A stretch of DNA of 64,000 nt from Squalus acanthias (taxonomy: Eukaryota). The DNA lies in NCBI GenBank assembly GCA_030390025.1, contig CM059432.1, forward strand, positions 45,634,001-45,698,000, written 5' to 3'. Shown one piece after another: positions 1-12,847 of this stretch; the stretch's first letter is position 1; each line of letters begins with the position of its first letter. The translations under genes and the position numbers were made by a program. Below the pieces are notes generated by a model. That model did no database searches, had not been told where the DNA came from, and worked only from the letters and a program-made list of their open reading frames with translations.

Positions 1-279
1 AAGCTCGCCTGTGAAGGCAAGGCGAGAGCTCAGCAGCCATTGTGCGAGTTCATTAATTGACAGCTGGAAAAAGCACATAAATACTCACACCTTACACATG
101 CTTCCTTGCCGAAGGGAAAGGCTCTGGCTGACACCATTTGGTGCAGAGATTTTGCTTTAGGAGTTTGCAGGTGATATCTACAGTTTCGGAAGTTACTCTC
201 CCTACATTGGACGTCACTCTCATTACATTGGAGGACTGTGCCTCTGATCTTCATTTTAACTGGCATCTATCAGATCATC

Positions 280-1920
280 ATGGGTGCTACTTATGCTGTT
301 TCACCTTGGACCTCAGATATGGACCAAGATGAGCCCCAGCACCAACACCAGCAACAACACCAGCAGCCTTCTCCTCACTGACCTGATGCTCCACAGGAGA
401 GAGGGGATCAGTACAGGGGTGCACCTCGCCGGAGGCAATACCCCCAACACAGGGTATACAGGCAGAGGATGAGCTTCCCGGACATGACTGAACAGCAGTG
501 CTTCAGGAGGCTCAGGCTATCGTGTCAGGTCATTTCAGACATTTGTAGCTTGCTGTAAGAAGACCTGCTGTCCAGAGGACCTGGTGGACACGCCTTACCA
601 GTGGCTGTCAAAGTCACCATTGCCCTCAACTTCTTCGCCTTAGGCTCCTTCCAGGGATCTGTAGCAGTCATTTGCAGGATCTTGCAGTCGGACGCCCAGA
701 AATGCATCACCCAGGTGACCGATACCATGTTTCACAAGTTAGCCACTTATGTACACTTTGCCACTGATAAAGCCAGTGTTACTGAGCGGGCGCTTGGCTT
801 TGCGGCTCTGGCTGAATTCCCACAAGTGCAGGGCATCATTGATTGCACACATTTGACCATCAAGTCACCCCCATATCACCCAGGAGTGTTCCTGAACTGG
901 AAGGGCTTCTACTTCCTCAATGTGCAATTTGTCTGCAACCATAAAAGAGCATCATGCATGTGTGTGCCAGATTCCCAGGGAGCTGTCATGACTCTTTTGT
1001 CCTGCACCAGTCCACCCTCCCACAGCAATTTGCATCTCCAAACAGACATACCGGCTGGCTGCTTGGAGACAAGGGCTATCCACTGAAGTTGTGGATGATG
1101 ACATAAACATAGAAACATAGAATCTAGGAGCAGGAGTAGGCCATTCGGCCCGTCGAGCCTGCTCCGCCATTCAATACGATCATGGCTGATCATCCAAATC
1201 CAGTACCCTGTCCCTGCTTTAATCCCCACAGTACACATATCCCACCCTACCCCCGTAACCCCACGTATTTAATTCCCCCTAACATATCCCATCCTATCCC
1301 CATAACCCCACATATTTAATCCCCCCTAACACTAAGGGTCAATTTATCATAGCCAAATCAACCTAACCCACACATTTTTGGACTGTGGGAGGAAACCGGA
1401 GCACCCGGAGGAAACCCACGCAGACACGGGGAGAATGTGCAAACTCCACACAGACAGTCACCCGAGGTCAGATTCGAACCCGGGTCTCTGGCGCTGTGAG
1501 GCACCAGTGCTAACCACTATGCCACCGTGTTGCCCACTCATGACACTCTTGAGGAGGCCAAGCAATGAGGCCGAGGAGCGCTATAATCAAAGCCACATGA
1601 TGACCAGATGTGTCACAGAGCAAGCAATCAGAATGCTGAAGATGCACACCAGATGCCTGGACAGATCTGGAGGAGCCCTTCAGTACGCACCATCCAGGGT
1701 CTCCAGAATGATCATCGTATGCTGCGCGCTGCACAACAAAGCGCAGCAGTGAAGATTGGAGCTGCAGAAAGAGCAAGGCGCAGAGCGCACAGTCTCTTTC
1801 GAGGAGCAGGTGGAACACGAGGAGGAGGAGGAGGACCCTGAGGTGGAGATGGCACCAGCAGCAGCACACATTGCTGCCCAGGAGGCCTGGGATGGCCTCA
1901 TAATGGCACGATTTAGTTAA
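280..1920 (+). pseudogene. Harbinger/HARBI1-family DDE transposase pseudogene interrupted by a SINE
   Basis: Motifs VKVTIALNFFALGSFQG, GIIDCTH, GDKGY (shifted frame) and [11 protein letters not shown]; stops, frameshifts and an insertion at 1104-1535. Confidence 0.9.
1104..1535 (-). mobile_element. HE1-type tRNA-derived V-SINE with CR1/HER1 3' tail
   Basis: Minus strand starts GGGCAACACGGTGGCATAGTGGTTAGCACTGG (A box), then GGGTTCGAATC (B box), V-domain GTGGAGTTTGCACATTCTCCCCGTGTCTGCGTGGGTTTCC and a CR1-like tail with CTATGTTT repeats; ATGACA occurs on both sides (1098-1103, 1540-1545). Confidence 0.9.
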
Positions 1921-2234
1921 GTTGCACCAGTGCACCGATCTGGCTCCAAGATGCTGAACCAACTTCCCCACCCACCTCCACCAACACCACAAAGCAGTCC
2001 TAAAATGTCCAAACCACTCCTGTCACGCACACACACACACACACACCCATTGCTCAAGTTTACATAATGTCTCACCATTCACTCCAATTGACAAGGCCAC
2101 TTCCCAAGTAGCAGGCAAAAGACGGGAAAGTGGTACAAAGAAATACATTTATGTGGGTCATAAATAGAGCTGAAACTTAACACTAACATTTTGGCAAACA
2201 CCCATGTGCATACCCGTGTGCATCTACGATTGTG

Positions 2235-3421
2235 TCATTTTTCTTTTCTGAGTGCTTCTACAGGATGCACCCCCTGTGGCTTCAGCAGAAGTAGAGACAG
2301 GCTGCTCACTTCTCTGTTCTGACTGCTTAGACACTTTGGCGGACGTCCTCTGGGTTTTGGAGCCTGTGAGGGCCCCGCCAAAAACTGCTCCTCTTGCAAC
2401 TGTGCAGGGGTAGACTCGGCCATCGGGATCCGAGGAAGCATGTGGGGCTCTGACTGAATGGGAGGCAATGGGGGAGAAGTGGGAGCGCTTTGTGCAGAAC
2501 CTCCACTTCCATGTCCCCTCTCACCATCATCCCTCTCATGGGTCACCCGCACTTCCCTGCTAGCAAGGATCTGGAGAGCACCTTGCTGCACCTCAGTGGG
2601 GCGATGAATGTCCAAGTCTACTTTGGTATCCCTCCTAGAGATGAGTCTAATAAGAGTCTGCAATCTGTTGTTCACAGCAGGCATGTTCTCGTTTGACTGG
2701 CGCATTAGCTGCTCCATGCAGGTGGCTATCCTTTCCATGGAAGAGCACATCGTCGCCATCACCTGTAACATGGTGCTGCTCATGTTGGAGATGGACTTCT
2801 CTATTCTCTCTACAATCACGCATATTGCGGTTGGAAAAGCTGCCAGAGCCTTGCGCATTTGTTGCTGCTCCTCCAAGATTAACTTCTTTGTCGACAGCCC
2901 CCAAAGTTCAGCATCTGCATCCAGCAGAGCTTGGAGCATCCTGCGCCCTCCGGCGAGGAGTCTCCACTGCTGTCCCTGTATCCACCATCTGCTCTTGCTC
3001 ACTTGTGATGTGTGAGACACCAGATGACAACACTACTCTATGTTTCGCAGGACCCACTGACGTGTACGTATCTGCGCTGGTGCTGGGTGCGCATGGGTCA
3101 TGTGACGGTGCACCCTCAGAAACTGCAGCTTCCTCTGAGCCTGGCGCTAATTTTTTCAACTTTTAAAAGTTAGCACCTCAAACGGGGAGATACCGATTTT
3201 CTCCCCCTAAATCTCTTGCTACACTGCATCCAGGAGTGGCTGACAGCACCCCTACTGCTCACTTTGTGTGTGATCTCCAACCATGTCCTCTTTGTTTCAC
3301 TGGCTGGCCTCTTCCTGCTGTCCCCAGGGACCTCCTTCCTTGCTCTCGATCCCTGGAGCAGGATGTCCAGGGAAGAATCTGAAAACTTGGACACAGCCTT
3401 CTGGCGCTGAGATTGCATCAT
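2235..3421 (-). pseudogene. Harbinger Myb/SANT-like DNA-binding gene remnant (exon 2 deleted)
   Basis: FSDSSLDILLQG...WLEITHKVSS...WMQCSKRF SANT/trihelix motif followed by a coiled-coil/low-complexity exon; frameshifted. Confidence 0.8.
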
Positions 3422-3945
3422 TGGCTATAAATGATTGAAATTCAGGAATGTGGACTAATCTGTCAGCAACTATGGTGAGACCTGGATACTCCAAAACTTA
3501 AAAATGTATAACTAAGATTTTGGGATGGCCTTTTGGGAGTGGAGCCTTCGTCCAGCCCTTCCAAGGCTATTAACATAAGGGTGTCATGACCGAGTGCAGG
3601 GACACTGAACGCTGGGGCTTCTGTGCCCAGGGCTACTTAAGAGCTCAGTGTATGGTTGGTGTTGGGGATTACGGGCCTCACCTAGGATCCAGGCCAGGAT
3701 TGTGGCCTCCTCCCCTACAAATCAAGCATTCGAAACTGACAACCAAATATGGTTTGCAACTTATCCTTTTATTGTGTTCAACCATTCTTTGACACGCGCA
3801 ATGTCTCTAATTACAGTCTTCTAAAGTAACTGGTAGAAGGATTAGAGGGGAGTTGAGAACTTCTCACCCAGAGGGTGGTGGGGGTCTGGAACTCACTGCC
3901 TGAAAGGGTGGTAGAGGCAGAACATCTCATTGCATTTTTTAAAAA

Positions 3946-4531
3946 TGAGAAGTCGCACAACACCAGGTTATAGTCCAACAGTTTTATTTGAAATCACGAG
4001 CTTTCGGAGCGCTGCTCCTTCGTCAGGTAAAGTGAAGGAATACAAATCAGCAAAGCATATATAGACAGAGAACAATGTGTAGCGTACAATGTCAGACGAC
4101 TACAGTAAATCTTTCTGACTGCTCTCCATCACACCTCGGCAGAGATACAATCATGCCAGTCAGGAAGGCATTACATCAAAGACACAGCAAAATACAGCTA
4201 AGACAATGAGGTGGGGTCACAGGGGGTCCAACGTGTCAAATGCTGCAGTCTGTATGGTTAAGCTTTTTACTTTTTTTTAAAACTGGAAATCACATCTGTG
4301 AACAAGCCAACGACGACTCGACTCTGGATGACTCTACGTCATGTAGCGTGACATGAAACCAAGATCCCGGTTGAGGCCGTCCTCATGGGTGCAGAACTTG
4401 GCTATCAGTTTCTGCTTGATGATTTTGCGTTGTCGTGTGTCTCGAAGGCCGCCTTGGAGAACGCTAACCCGCAGATCCAAGGCTGAATGTCCTTGACTGC
4501 TGAAGTGTTCAACACCGGCATCTCCGCATCA
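3946..4531 (-). mobile_element. Penelope-like element fragment (GIY-YIG C-terminus plus pseudo-LTR, with a short plus-strand tail)
   Basis: Minus strand encodes EHFSSQGHSALDLRVSVLQGGLRDTRQRKII, matching ORF 63689-63940; same ends as 47250-47469. Confidence 0.85.
3994..4030 (-). ncRNA. Putative minimal type I hammerhead ribozyme in a Penelope pseudo-LTR
   Basis: UUAC-CUGACGA-A-GGAGC-AGC-GCUCC-GAAA-GC-UC-GUGA: catalytic core, stem II, stem I and a CUC cleavage triplet. Confidence 0.7.
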
Positions 4532-4789
4532 TGCATTTAAAAAGTACTTGGTTATGCACTTGGAGTGCCGTAACCTACAGGGCTACGGACCAAGAACTGG
4601 AAAGTGGAATTAGGTTGGATAGCTCTTTTGGCCGGCACAGATATGATGGGCCGAATGGCCTCCTTCTGTGCCATAAATTTCTATGATTCTATGATTCTGC
4701 AGTTTTTTTTTAAGATTTATAGTACAAGGGCCACTGAGGCAGCTAAAGAATTATTCTGGGGAATTTCAATTGATCCAGCGTTGCCCATT

Positions 4790-5680
4790 ATGGGTAAAGT
4801 TATGGAAATTCTGATTAAGGATAAAATCAATGAGCATATGGGTAGAAATAAAATCATAAAAGATATGGGTTAATGAAAGGGAGGTCTTGCCAATCTAACT
4901 TACAGGTTATCTTTGAGTGTGTGACAAAGGAGCTTGATGGGGTAAGGCAGCAGATGTGGTGCACTTGAATGTCAGTAAGGCCTTTGACACAGTTCTTCTG
5001 GAAAGGCCGGTACTGAAAATAAAGAAAGCGGGAATCAGTGGAATTATTTTACAATGATATATGTAATTGGGTGACTGGTAGAATCAATAGAACTGATAGA
5101 GGATGGTGGTACAGGGGTTGTCATCACCCTGGGTGAATGTCACCAGTTGGGTCCCACAGGGGTCTGTTTTGTTTAATAGCTTCATAAATGATCTGGAACT
5201 AGAAGTCACAACCACAGTGGCTAAATCTGCAGGTGAAACAAAACTAACTAAGGTGAAAGACCCAAAAGCTGCATAGAATTAGCTACAGGAGGATTTGAAT
5301 ATACTTGGGAATTGAGCGGACAGGTGAAAGAAAGAAAGAAATAACTTGCATTTATATAGCGCCTTCATGATCTCAGGACGTCCCAAAGTGCTTTACAGCC
5401 AATTAAATGTTCTCACTGTTGTAATGTAGAAAACGCGGCAGCAAAGTCCCACAAACAGAAATGAGACAATGACCAGATAATCTGTTTTTATTGATGTTTA
5501 GTCGCTGATGAAATGCAAAGTGCTTCACATTGGGACAAAAAATCCAGGAAGGGACTATTACTTTAATGGAAAGAAAATAATGTGGATGGAAAATGAAAGA
5601 GATCTGGGGGTCCTGATTGACAATAAATTGAAGCTATCGCAACAATGCTTGGTGGCAGTGAGGGAAGCAAGTCAGATGCT
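4790..5680 (+). mobile_element. Old CR1 LINE RT-region fragment (continues at about 9340-9565)
   Basis: Degenerate SKAFDTV, GVPQGSV and KCKVLHIG motifs; resumes with PHLDYIQFWSP after the nested insertions. Confidence 0.75.
5326..5500 (-). mobile_element. SINE 3' fragment with L2-type tail (SacSINE1/Deu-SINE-like)
   Basis: Minus strand TTTGGGACGTCCTGAG...AAGGCGCTATATAAATGCAAG followed by TTTC repeats; tail resembles the L2 end at 22620-22680. Confidence 0.65.
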
Positions 5681-6589
5681 GGGTGGGAATGTAAGTTGTG
5701 AGGAGGATGCAAGGAGGCTTCAAGGGGATATAGACAGGCAAAGTGAGTGGGCAAGAAAATGGCAAATGGAATATAATGTGGAGAAATGTGAAGTTATCCA
5801 CTTTGGTGGGAAAAATATGAAAAACATATTTTTTAAATGGTGAGAGATTGGGAAATGTTGGTGTTCAGAGGGACTTGGGTGTCCTTGTACACGAATCACT
5901 GAAAGTTAACATGCAGGTACAGCAAGCAATTAGGAAAACAAATGGTATGTTGGCCTTTATTACAAGAGGATTTGAGTATAAGAGTAAAGAAATCTTACTG
6001 CAATTATATAGGTCCCTGGTGAGACCACACATGGAGTATTGTGTGCAGTTTTGGTCTCCTTACCTAAGGAAGGATATATTTTCCATAGAGGGAGTGCAAC
6101 AAAGGATCACCAGACTGGTTCCTGGGATGGGGGGATTGTCCTATGAGGAGAGATTGAGTAGACTAGGCCTATATTCTCTGGAGTTTAGAAGAATGAGAGG
6201 TGATCTCATTGAAACATACAAAATTCTTACAGGGCTTGACAGGGTAGATGCAGGGAGGATGTTTCCCCTGGCTGGAGAGTATAGAACCAGGGGTCACAGT
6301 CTCAGAATAAGGGGACGGCCATTTAGGACTGAGATGAGGAGAAATTTCTTCACTCAGAGGGTGGTGAATCTTTGGAATTCTCTACCCCAGAGGGCTGTGG
6401 AGGCTCAGTCATTGAGAATATTCAAGACAGAGATCGATAGATTTTTGAATATTAAGGGAATCAAGGGATATGGGGATAGTGCAGGTAAGTGCAGATGAGG
6501 TAGAAGATCAGCCATGATCTTATTGAATGGCGGAGCAGGCTCAAAGGGCCAAATGGCCTACTCCTGCTCCTATTTCTTATGTTCTTATG
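5680..6589 (+). mobile_element. CR1 (HER1-like) LINE, 5'-truncated
   Basis: ORF 5848-6498 has LVRPHMEYCVQFWSP and RRMRGDLIE; 3' UTR ends in TTCTTATG repeats. Confidence 0.92.
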
Positions 6590-7607
6590 AATGTTACTTG
6601 CCACTTATCAGCCCAAGCCTGAATGTCGTCCAGGTCTTGTTGCATGCGGGCATGGACTGCTTCATTATCTGAGTAGTTGCGAATGGTACTGAACACTGTG
6701 CAGTCATCAGCGAATATCCCCACTTCTGACCTTATGATGGAGGGAAGGTCTTTGATGAAGCAGATGAAGATGGTTGGGCCTAGGACACTGCCCTGAGGAA
6801 CTCCTGCAGCTATGTCCTGGGGCTGTGATGATTGACTTCCAACCACCACAGCCACCTTCCTTTGTGCTAGGTATGACTCCATTCAGTGGAGAGTTTTCCC
6901 CCCGATTCCCATTGACTTCAGTTTTGCTAGAGATCCTTGATGCCACACTCAGTCAAATGCTGCCTTGATGTCAAGGGCAGTCACTTTCACCTGACCTCTG
7001 GAATTCAGCTCTTTTGTCCATGTTTGGACCAAGGCTGTAATGAGGTCTGGAGCTGAGTGGTCCTGGCAGAACCCAAACTGGGCATCAGTGAGCAGGTTAT
7101 TGGTGAGTAAGTGCTGCTTGATAGCACTGTCGCCGACACCTTCCATCACTTTGCTGATGATTGAGAATAGACTGATGGGGCGGTAATTGGCCAGATTGGA
7201 TTTGTCCTGCTTTTTGTGGACAGGACATACCTGGGCAGTTTTCCACATTTTCGGGGCCCACAGCTTTTGCTGTATCCAGTGCACTCAGCCGTTTCTTGAT
7301 ATCACGTGGAGTGAATCGAATTGGCTGAAGTCTGGCTTATGTGGTGGTGGGGATCTCAGGAGGAGGCCGATATGGATCATCCATTTGCCACTTCTGGCTG
7401 AAGATGGTTGCAAATGCTTCAGCTTTGTTTTTTGCAATTCCCTGCTGGGCTCCGCCATCATTGAGGATGGGGATGTTCATGGAGCCTCCTCCTCCCGTTA
7501 GTTGTTTAATGGTCCACCATTGTTCACGATTGGATGTGGCAGGACTGCAGAGCTTTGATCTGATCCGTTGATTGTGAGATCGCTTAGCTCTGTCTATAGC
7601 ATGCTGC
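6590..7607 (-). mobile_element. CR1-Zenon-like LINE fragment (continues at 9291-9340 after the LTR)
   Basis: RT motifs [26 protein letters not shown] and FADD in ORFs 6949-7284 and 6577-6882. Confidence 0.85.
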
Positions 7608-9286
7608 TGTAGGGGGTGGTGTGGGGGTCAGCTTCACCTCTGACTTCAGTGAGCGGTTCGAATCGCTCCCACTCCCCTGGTTCTAGACCTTGGACTTATT
7701 TAGGGGTCGTGAACAAAGGTGCAGTAGACAACAGGTTTTGATGAAAGAACTTTGACTTTTATTCAAGAAAAGGTAAATACAACACAAAGAATCTTAAAAC
7801 ATACTTAATAGTTAAACACAGGTTGGGGAACACACGGTACAGGCGAGGGAGAATTACAGTATACAAAACCCCTTACCCCCTCCCAATCCCACTACCTAGC
7901 TAGGTTTGATTCCAGAGGACCAGGGATAATGCTCACCAAATGACAGTTCTTGACAGTTGAGGTATTTCGCGATTTCGGGGTTCACTGGGGTTTTTGGTTG
8001 TTGGGACCTGCCGTACCCCGGACGTGGTGGAAGACTTCAGCTGCACTCCAGGTCAGTTTGGGTCTGTCCGCTGATGCGGTAAGGTGCGTATTGGATTATA
8101 TCAGGTGAGTATCCAATTTTCCTTCGTTAGAGGTAGGGTTTAGAGATTTTTAAGGGAAAATCAGGAGTGAGTCAGGAATAGTTTGTAGCGTGGAAACTTG
8201 CGTGTCTTCGGTTTTTTCCTGGTGTTGGTCTTTCGGTGGTCGCGGCGGCCCAATTCTCACCTGGTTGGTCGGTGATGTTTTGTTGGTTGGTTCATGGGGC
8301 CTCGGTTACCGCGAGGTGTCGGGAACCCTTTTCCCAGCCTGGCCCGTCGATGGCCTTCTGTTGTGGCGTGTTGTCCTTGCGTGCTTTAATTGTTACTAAC
8401 CAAAACTGCCTCTCTGGACAGCCTTGAACTAACTTTTAGTACTGTAACGAATTGCACTGTCTAAACGAACACCACCACGAGGTCTCTTGGGTTCCTTGTT
8501 GCCGCCACCGGTTCCTTGGGTCTGGCCTGTAGGAGTTTCTTTTGCTTCGCTTCCATGTGGCTCTCTTTCTTCACTTTAGGCCTGCCATTCTCGGGGGAAT
8601 AGGCCTCCAATTATACTGTTCCGGTCTATTGTGTTTTTCGCGCCAAAACTGCTTTACTAATCGATTTCGTGTTAAAGTGATTTAGGTTTCAGTTGAGGCC
8701 TATTTATCTTCACGCCAAATCTCGCTTCTTTTGTCTTAGGTTTTGGCGGGCTCGTTAAACTGTTCCTGTCGATACTTGGCTAATTGGTTTTTGATGGGAT
8801 GATGGGCTATGAAACTGTGTACTGGAAGTTTTATTGTTAGGAATTGTTTTCAGACTTCCAGCATCCTGTCTGGACCTGGGGATTTCAAAAGGGGTCTTGG
8901 TTTATTCATTTTTGAATGTGTTTGTGATGTTTTGGATGAGGCTCTTCCTCTTTGGTTGGATTGCAGTGCAAACATCTCCCAGACAGCTTGACTTGGTCCC
9001 AAAACCAAAAGCTTTCCACTGCCTCACCACACCCCTTCCCGCAGCCTGTGTTTCTGTGACTGCAGGTTTACCCAATGGCCTTTTTTTAAAAAGGTATCTT
9101 ATCATCCAAAGTCATTTTCCTCAGGGTTTTTTTCTTCCTTGATCCTTTCAAAATGTACTTCAAAACTGAGGTTTTGACCTCAAATTCCTTCATTTCGGTC
9201 CCACCATTCCAAATTTGTGTTAAGATCCAAAAATCACCCCCTTTAGGGTTCTATTCGAGTTTCTGGGGGATTTTGCGAAGCCTACA
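7608..9286 (-). mobile_element. Solo LTR (1679 bp) of an ERV or LTR retrotransposon
   Basis: TGTAGG...CCTACA ends, 4-bp TSD CTGC (7604-7607, 9287-9290), minus-strand AATAAA near 7760; terminal region homologous to 18726-20142. Confidence 0.88.
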
Positions 9287-9855
9287 CTGCTTCTGCTTTT
9301 TAGCATGCATGTAGTCCTGTTTTGCAGCTTCCCCAGGTTGGTACCGCATTTAGATTACATACAGTTCTGGTCGCCAAAGTATAAAAAGGATAGTTCAGCT
9401 AAGGAAAGGATGTCGAAGAGAGTAACCAGAATGATTGAGGGGATGGAGGGTTTGGATTATGAGAAACGCTTATGTAAATGGAGCATGTTCTCACTGGAAA
9501 AGAGAAAGTTGAGAGGTGATTCTGCTGTTTTTAGAATTCTGAAGGGACTAAATAATGTAGACTGACGAGCTGTATCACTTTTAGGCTGGTCATCATTGTC
9601 AATTTGGTTATTGTAAAAAGAATGCCCATAAGATGTCTATAATGCAATGAGATGACCAGCTGCTTCACAATTTCAGTGGCAGCACAAACCGCATTAGGCA
9701 GAATGTAATTTAGAGCACAAAGTCTGCGTTTTCTAAGAATAAGGGCATATATTTTGATTAACATCTAAATCTGTTGCATTTGCAAAAAAATCCCAGAGGC
9801 GGCCAAATCCACTCATTTCAGATAGTTAACCACTTGTCTCATTTAGAAACTATAA

Positions 9856-10534
9856 GGGGAACATTAACCCTCCCCGATCGGCAGGAAAGGAGTGGGGAGT
9901 AGTTAAAATGGAGCAGCTTCATTTCCTGCTGCATTCCCACCAATTTCCCATTTTAACGCCGCTGATTTTGGCGGCAGGTGAGGTTCCCACTGGACTCATG
10001 CAAATTGTGGTCTCATGACCTACATGGGACCCCGCTGGCATTTTCCCCACTGCTCAGCGGGGTGCCTGCCGCGGCCACCTTGCCAGGTAAAGCTGTCGGG
10101 AAACCAGCGAGGCCCTCTAAGGTAAGTAAAAAGAACTTCCCTTATTGCGGCCAAGAGGAGCTGCCTCCGAGGCCCACGAGTAAAGTCCGGTCCATTGCTG
10201 CCCCGGTCTCCACCACACCCCCCCGCCCCCCTCCCCCTCCCCAGCCATGACACCCTGGCAACACCCCACTCCCAGACTTACTTTGCTGCTGGCAGTCTTC
10301 TTTTGGTGCCAGTGGGTGGCCTACGGGCAACTCGATCTTCCTCCTTCCCATCTTCCCCTCCCTCTCCAACCCTGCTGGCCAGCTGACGCTTTCCTCACAG
10401 AACCAAGGGAGCCGCTGACCAGCGGCGTTCAGGTGAGGCCCGGCAATGAAAAACTGCCGGGCCTTCGACAGAGACTCACGCTCGGCATTGCCGTCCACTC
10501 CTATTGGGTTCTCACAGGGAATTAAAATCGGCCG
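9856..10534. mobile_element. Probable Harbinger-type MITE
   Basis: GC-rich island with imperfect inverted ends (GGGGAACATTAA / TTAAAATCGGCC) resembling other MITE ends here. Confidence 0.5.
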
Positions 10535-11608
10535 TTATGTCCTGGATTCAGTAGTCGACAAACTTCAATTTCCCTACCGATTCTACTGACTTAGGGCTTG
10601 TAAGATGGAGGTGGATGAAACTGTGATAAGAAGCAAGTTAATTTGTAACTGGAGTGAATGAGGATTTGCGACTGAGTCAGCATAGACTGTTATTGTGTAA
10701 CTCGGTTAAATGATAACAATGTCAGGGATGTATTGTTGTTTTTCATTTTAAATGTATATATATATATTAGCTTAGTGCATTGCAGAACATGTACCACCCT
10801 TGTTACTCTGAACTGCTTGACCCTGGTCTCAGTACATGATCAGTGCAGTAAGTCAAATTTTATTTGCTTGAAAATTATATTATGAACGCAAAAAACAGAA
10901 CATTCGGAGAAAGAATGGGATTAGAGTACCATGACTGATACTAAATTTAGAGAGTTTGTGCCATCCCTAAATAGTAACAAGATGCCTCCGGTAGATGAAC
11001 ATTCAAAGTCTGGAGCATTTTCCTCTCTCATTCATCCTGAAATCTGTTACTACAATAAAGGCCGGAATTTTCTGGCGTTTGTGCGGGTGGGAGTGGAGGC
11101 GGGTCGGTAGTGAAAGTTGAAATAACTTGGAGCGGGTTGGAAACCCGCCGTCATCCCGCCCCCATGCGCCTTTCCCTCGGGCGCACTTGCCAGTGCGGCA
11201 GTGACCCCAACGGCAGAGGCGGCTGAGCTAATTTAGATGATTATTAGGTACTTGTCAGGCCCTTAAGAGTCTTTTTAACCCTACCTTTCAAATTTCCCTG
11301 GATGATCACGGGAATCACACAGCTCGGGAACCACGACTGTGAACCTGAGGCAGAAGTTGAGTGGCCATTGATCCAGCTCATTAGTACACAGCATGGAAAG
11401 CACAATAAATATTCCCACCTGACAGCTGGTCACTTTCCTAAAGCAGATGCTGTTGCTGAGTGCATTGTCAGCACAGATTTAGCTTTCTAGAGGTTGCAAG
11501 TGTTTCCAGCAAAGTCGGGATCCACTGTCACCTCATTGGTAGAACCTATCACACCATTGACAGATTGCTTCTGTCATCTCTACTTGACCTGCCATCTATT
11601 ACATCAGC

Positions 11609-12847
11609 ATGAATGCCGTTTATACTGTCTCACCTTGGTCCTCAGAATCGGACCACGATGAGCCCCAACACCAGCAACACCAGGCACACCAGCAGCACCA
11701 ACATCAACACCACCAACCTTCTTCGCAATCACCTGATGCTGCACAGGACAGAGGGCATCAGCGCAGGGCTGCACCACGACGGAGGTGATTCCCCCAACAC
11801 AGGGTATACAGGCAGAGGATGAGCTTCCTCAACATGACAGAGCAGCAGTGCCAAAGGAGGCTCAGGCTATCACGTTAGGTCATCGCAGACATTTGCAGAT
11901 TGCTGGAGCAAGACCTGCAGCCCAGAGTAGTGGGTGGACATGCCTTACCAGTGGCTGTCAAAGTCACCAGTGCCCTCAACTTCTTCGCCTCAGGATCCTT
12001 CCAGGGATCTGCAGCAGATATTTGCAGCATCTCACAGTCGGCCACCCACAGATGCATCACACAGGTCACCGATGCCCTGTTTGACAAGTCAGCCAATTAT
12101 ATCAACTTTGCCACTGATGAAGCCAGTGTTACTGAGCAAGTGTTCGGCTTTGCGGCTCTGGCTGGCTTCCCAAGGGTGCAAGGCACCATCGACTGCACAC
12201 ATGTGGCCATCAGGACACCCCATCATCACCCAGGAGTGTGTGTGAACAGCAAGGGCTTCCACTCCCTCAATGTGCTGCTCATCTCCAACCATAGGAAGAT
12301 CATCATGCACGTATGTGTCAAATTCCCTGGCAACTGCCATGACTCTTTCGTCCTGTGCCAGTCCACCCTCCCTCAGCTCTTCACTCCTCCAAACAGACTT
12401 ACTGGATGGCTGCTTGGAGACAAGGGCTATCCACTGAAGACGTGGCTCATGACACCCTTGAGGAGGCCAAGTACTGTGGCCAAGGAGAGATATAATGAAA
12501 GCCACGTTTCCACCAGATGTGTCATTGAGCAGACAATAGGCATGCTGAAAATGCGCTTCAGATGCCTTGACAGATCTGGAGGAGCCCTTCAGTACACACC
12601 AGCCAGGGTCTCCAGAATTGTCGTGGTCTGCTGCACCCTGCACAACATAGCGCAGCAACGAGGATTACCGTTGCATGAGGATCAAGACTCAGAGTGCAAA
12701 GCCTCTTCGGAGGAGCAGGAGGAACAAGCGGTCCAGATCCCACCAGCACCCGAGCACATTGCTGCCCGGGAGGCCACATCATGGCCAGATTTACTTAACT
12801 TCACGCATTACACCCATATGCTGCCATATGCTATGCCAGGTTCCTAA
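11609..12847 (+). pseudogene. Harbinger/HARBI1-family DDE transposase with premature stops
   Basis: ORF 11900-12847 has GTIDCTH, HDSF, LLGDKGY and IEQTIG; two in-frame stops between ATG 11609 and 11900, plus a probable C-terminal frameshift. Confidence 0.92.

Larger units (their letters stand above)
1..3470. mobile_element. Degenerate PIF/Harbinger transposon (element 1); left end outside the window, right TIR not found
   Basis: Convergent transposase (+) and Myb/SANT (-) remnants, colinear with and similar to the element at 11060-15391. Confidence 0.85.
3830..4697 (+). mobile_element. CR1 LINE 3' fragment split by a Penelope insertion
   Basis: FSTQRVVGVWNSLPE-like coding remnant; 3' UTR ending in CTATGATT repeats. 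Confidence 0.8.

Noticed and set aside
1460..1535. tRNA gene
   Set aside because: A and B boxes belong to the SINE head and continue into the V-domain.
2027..2047. (CA)n microsatellite
   Set aside because: Ordinary short repeat between two transposon genes.
9531..9764. 77-aa ORF in unique sequence as a host exon
   Set aside because: No convincing donor site or recognisable homology.
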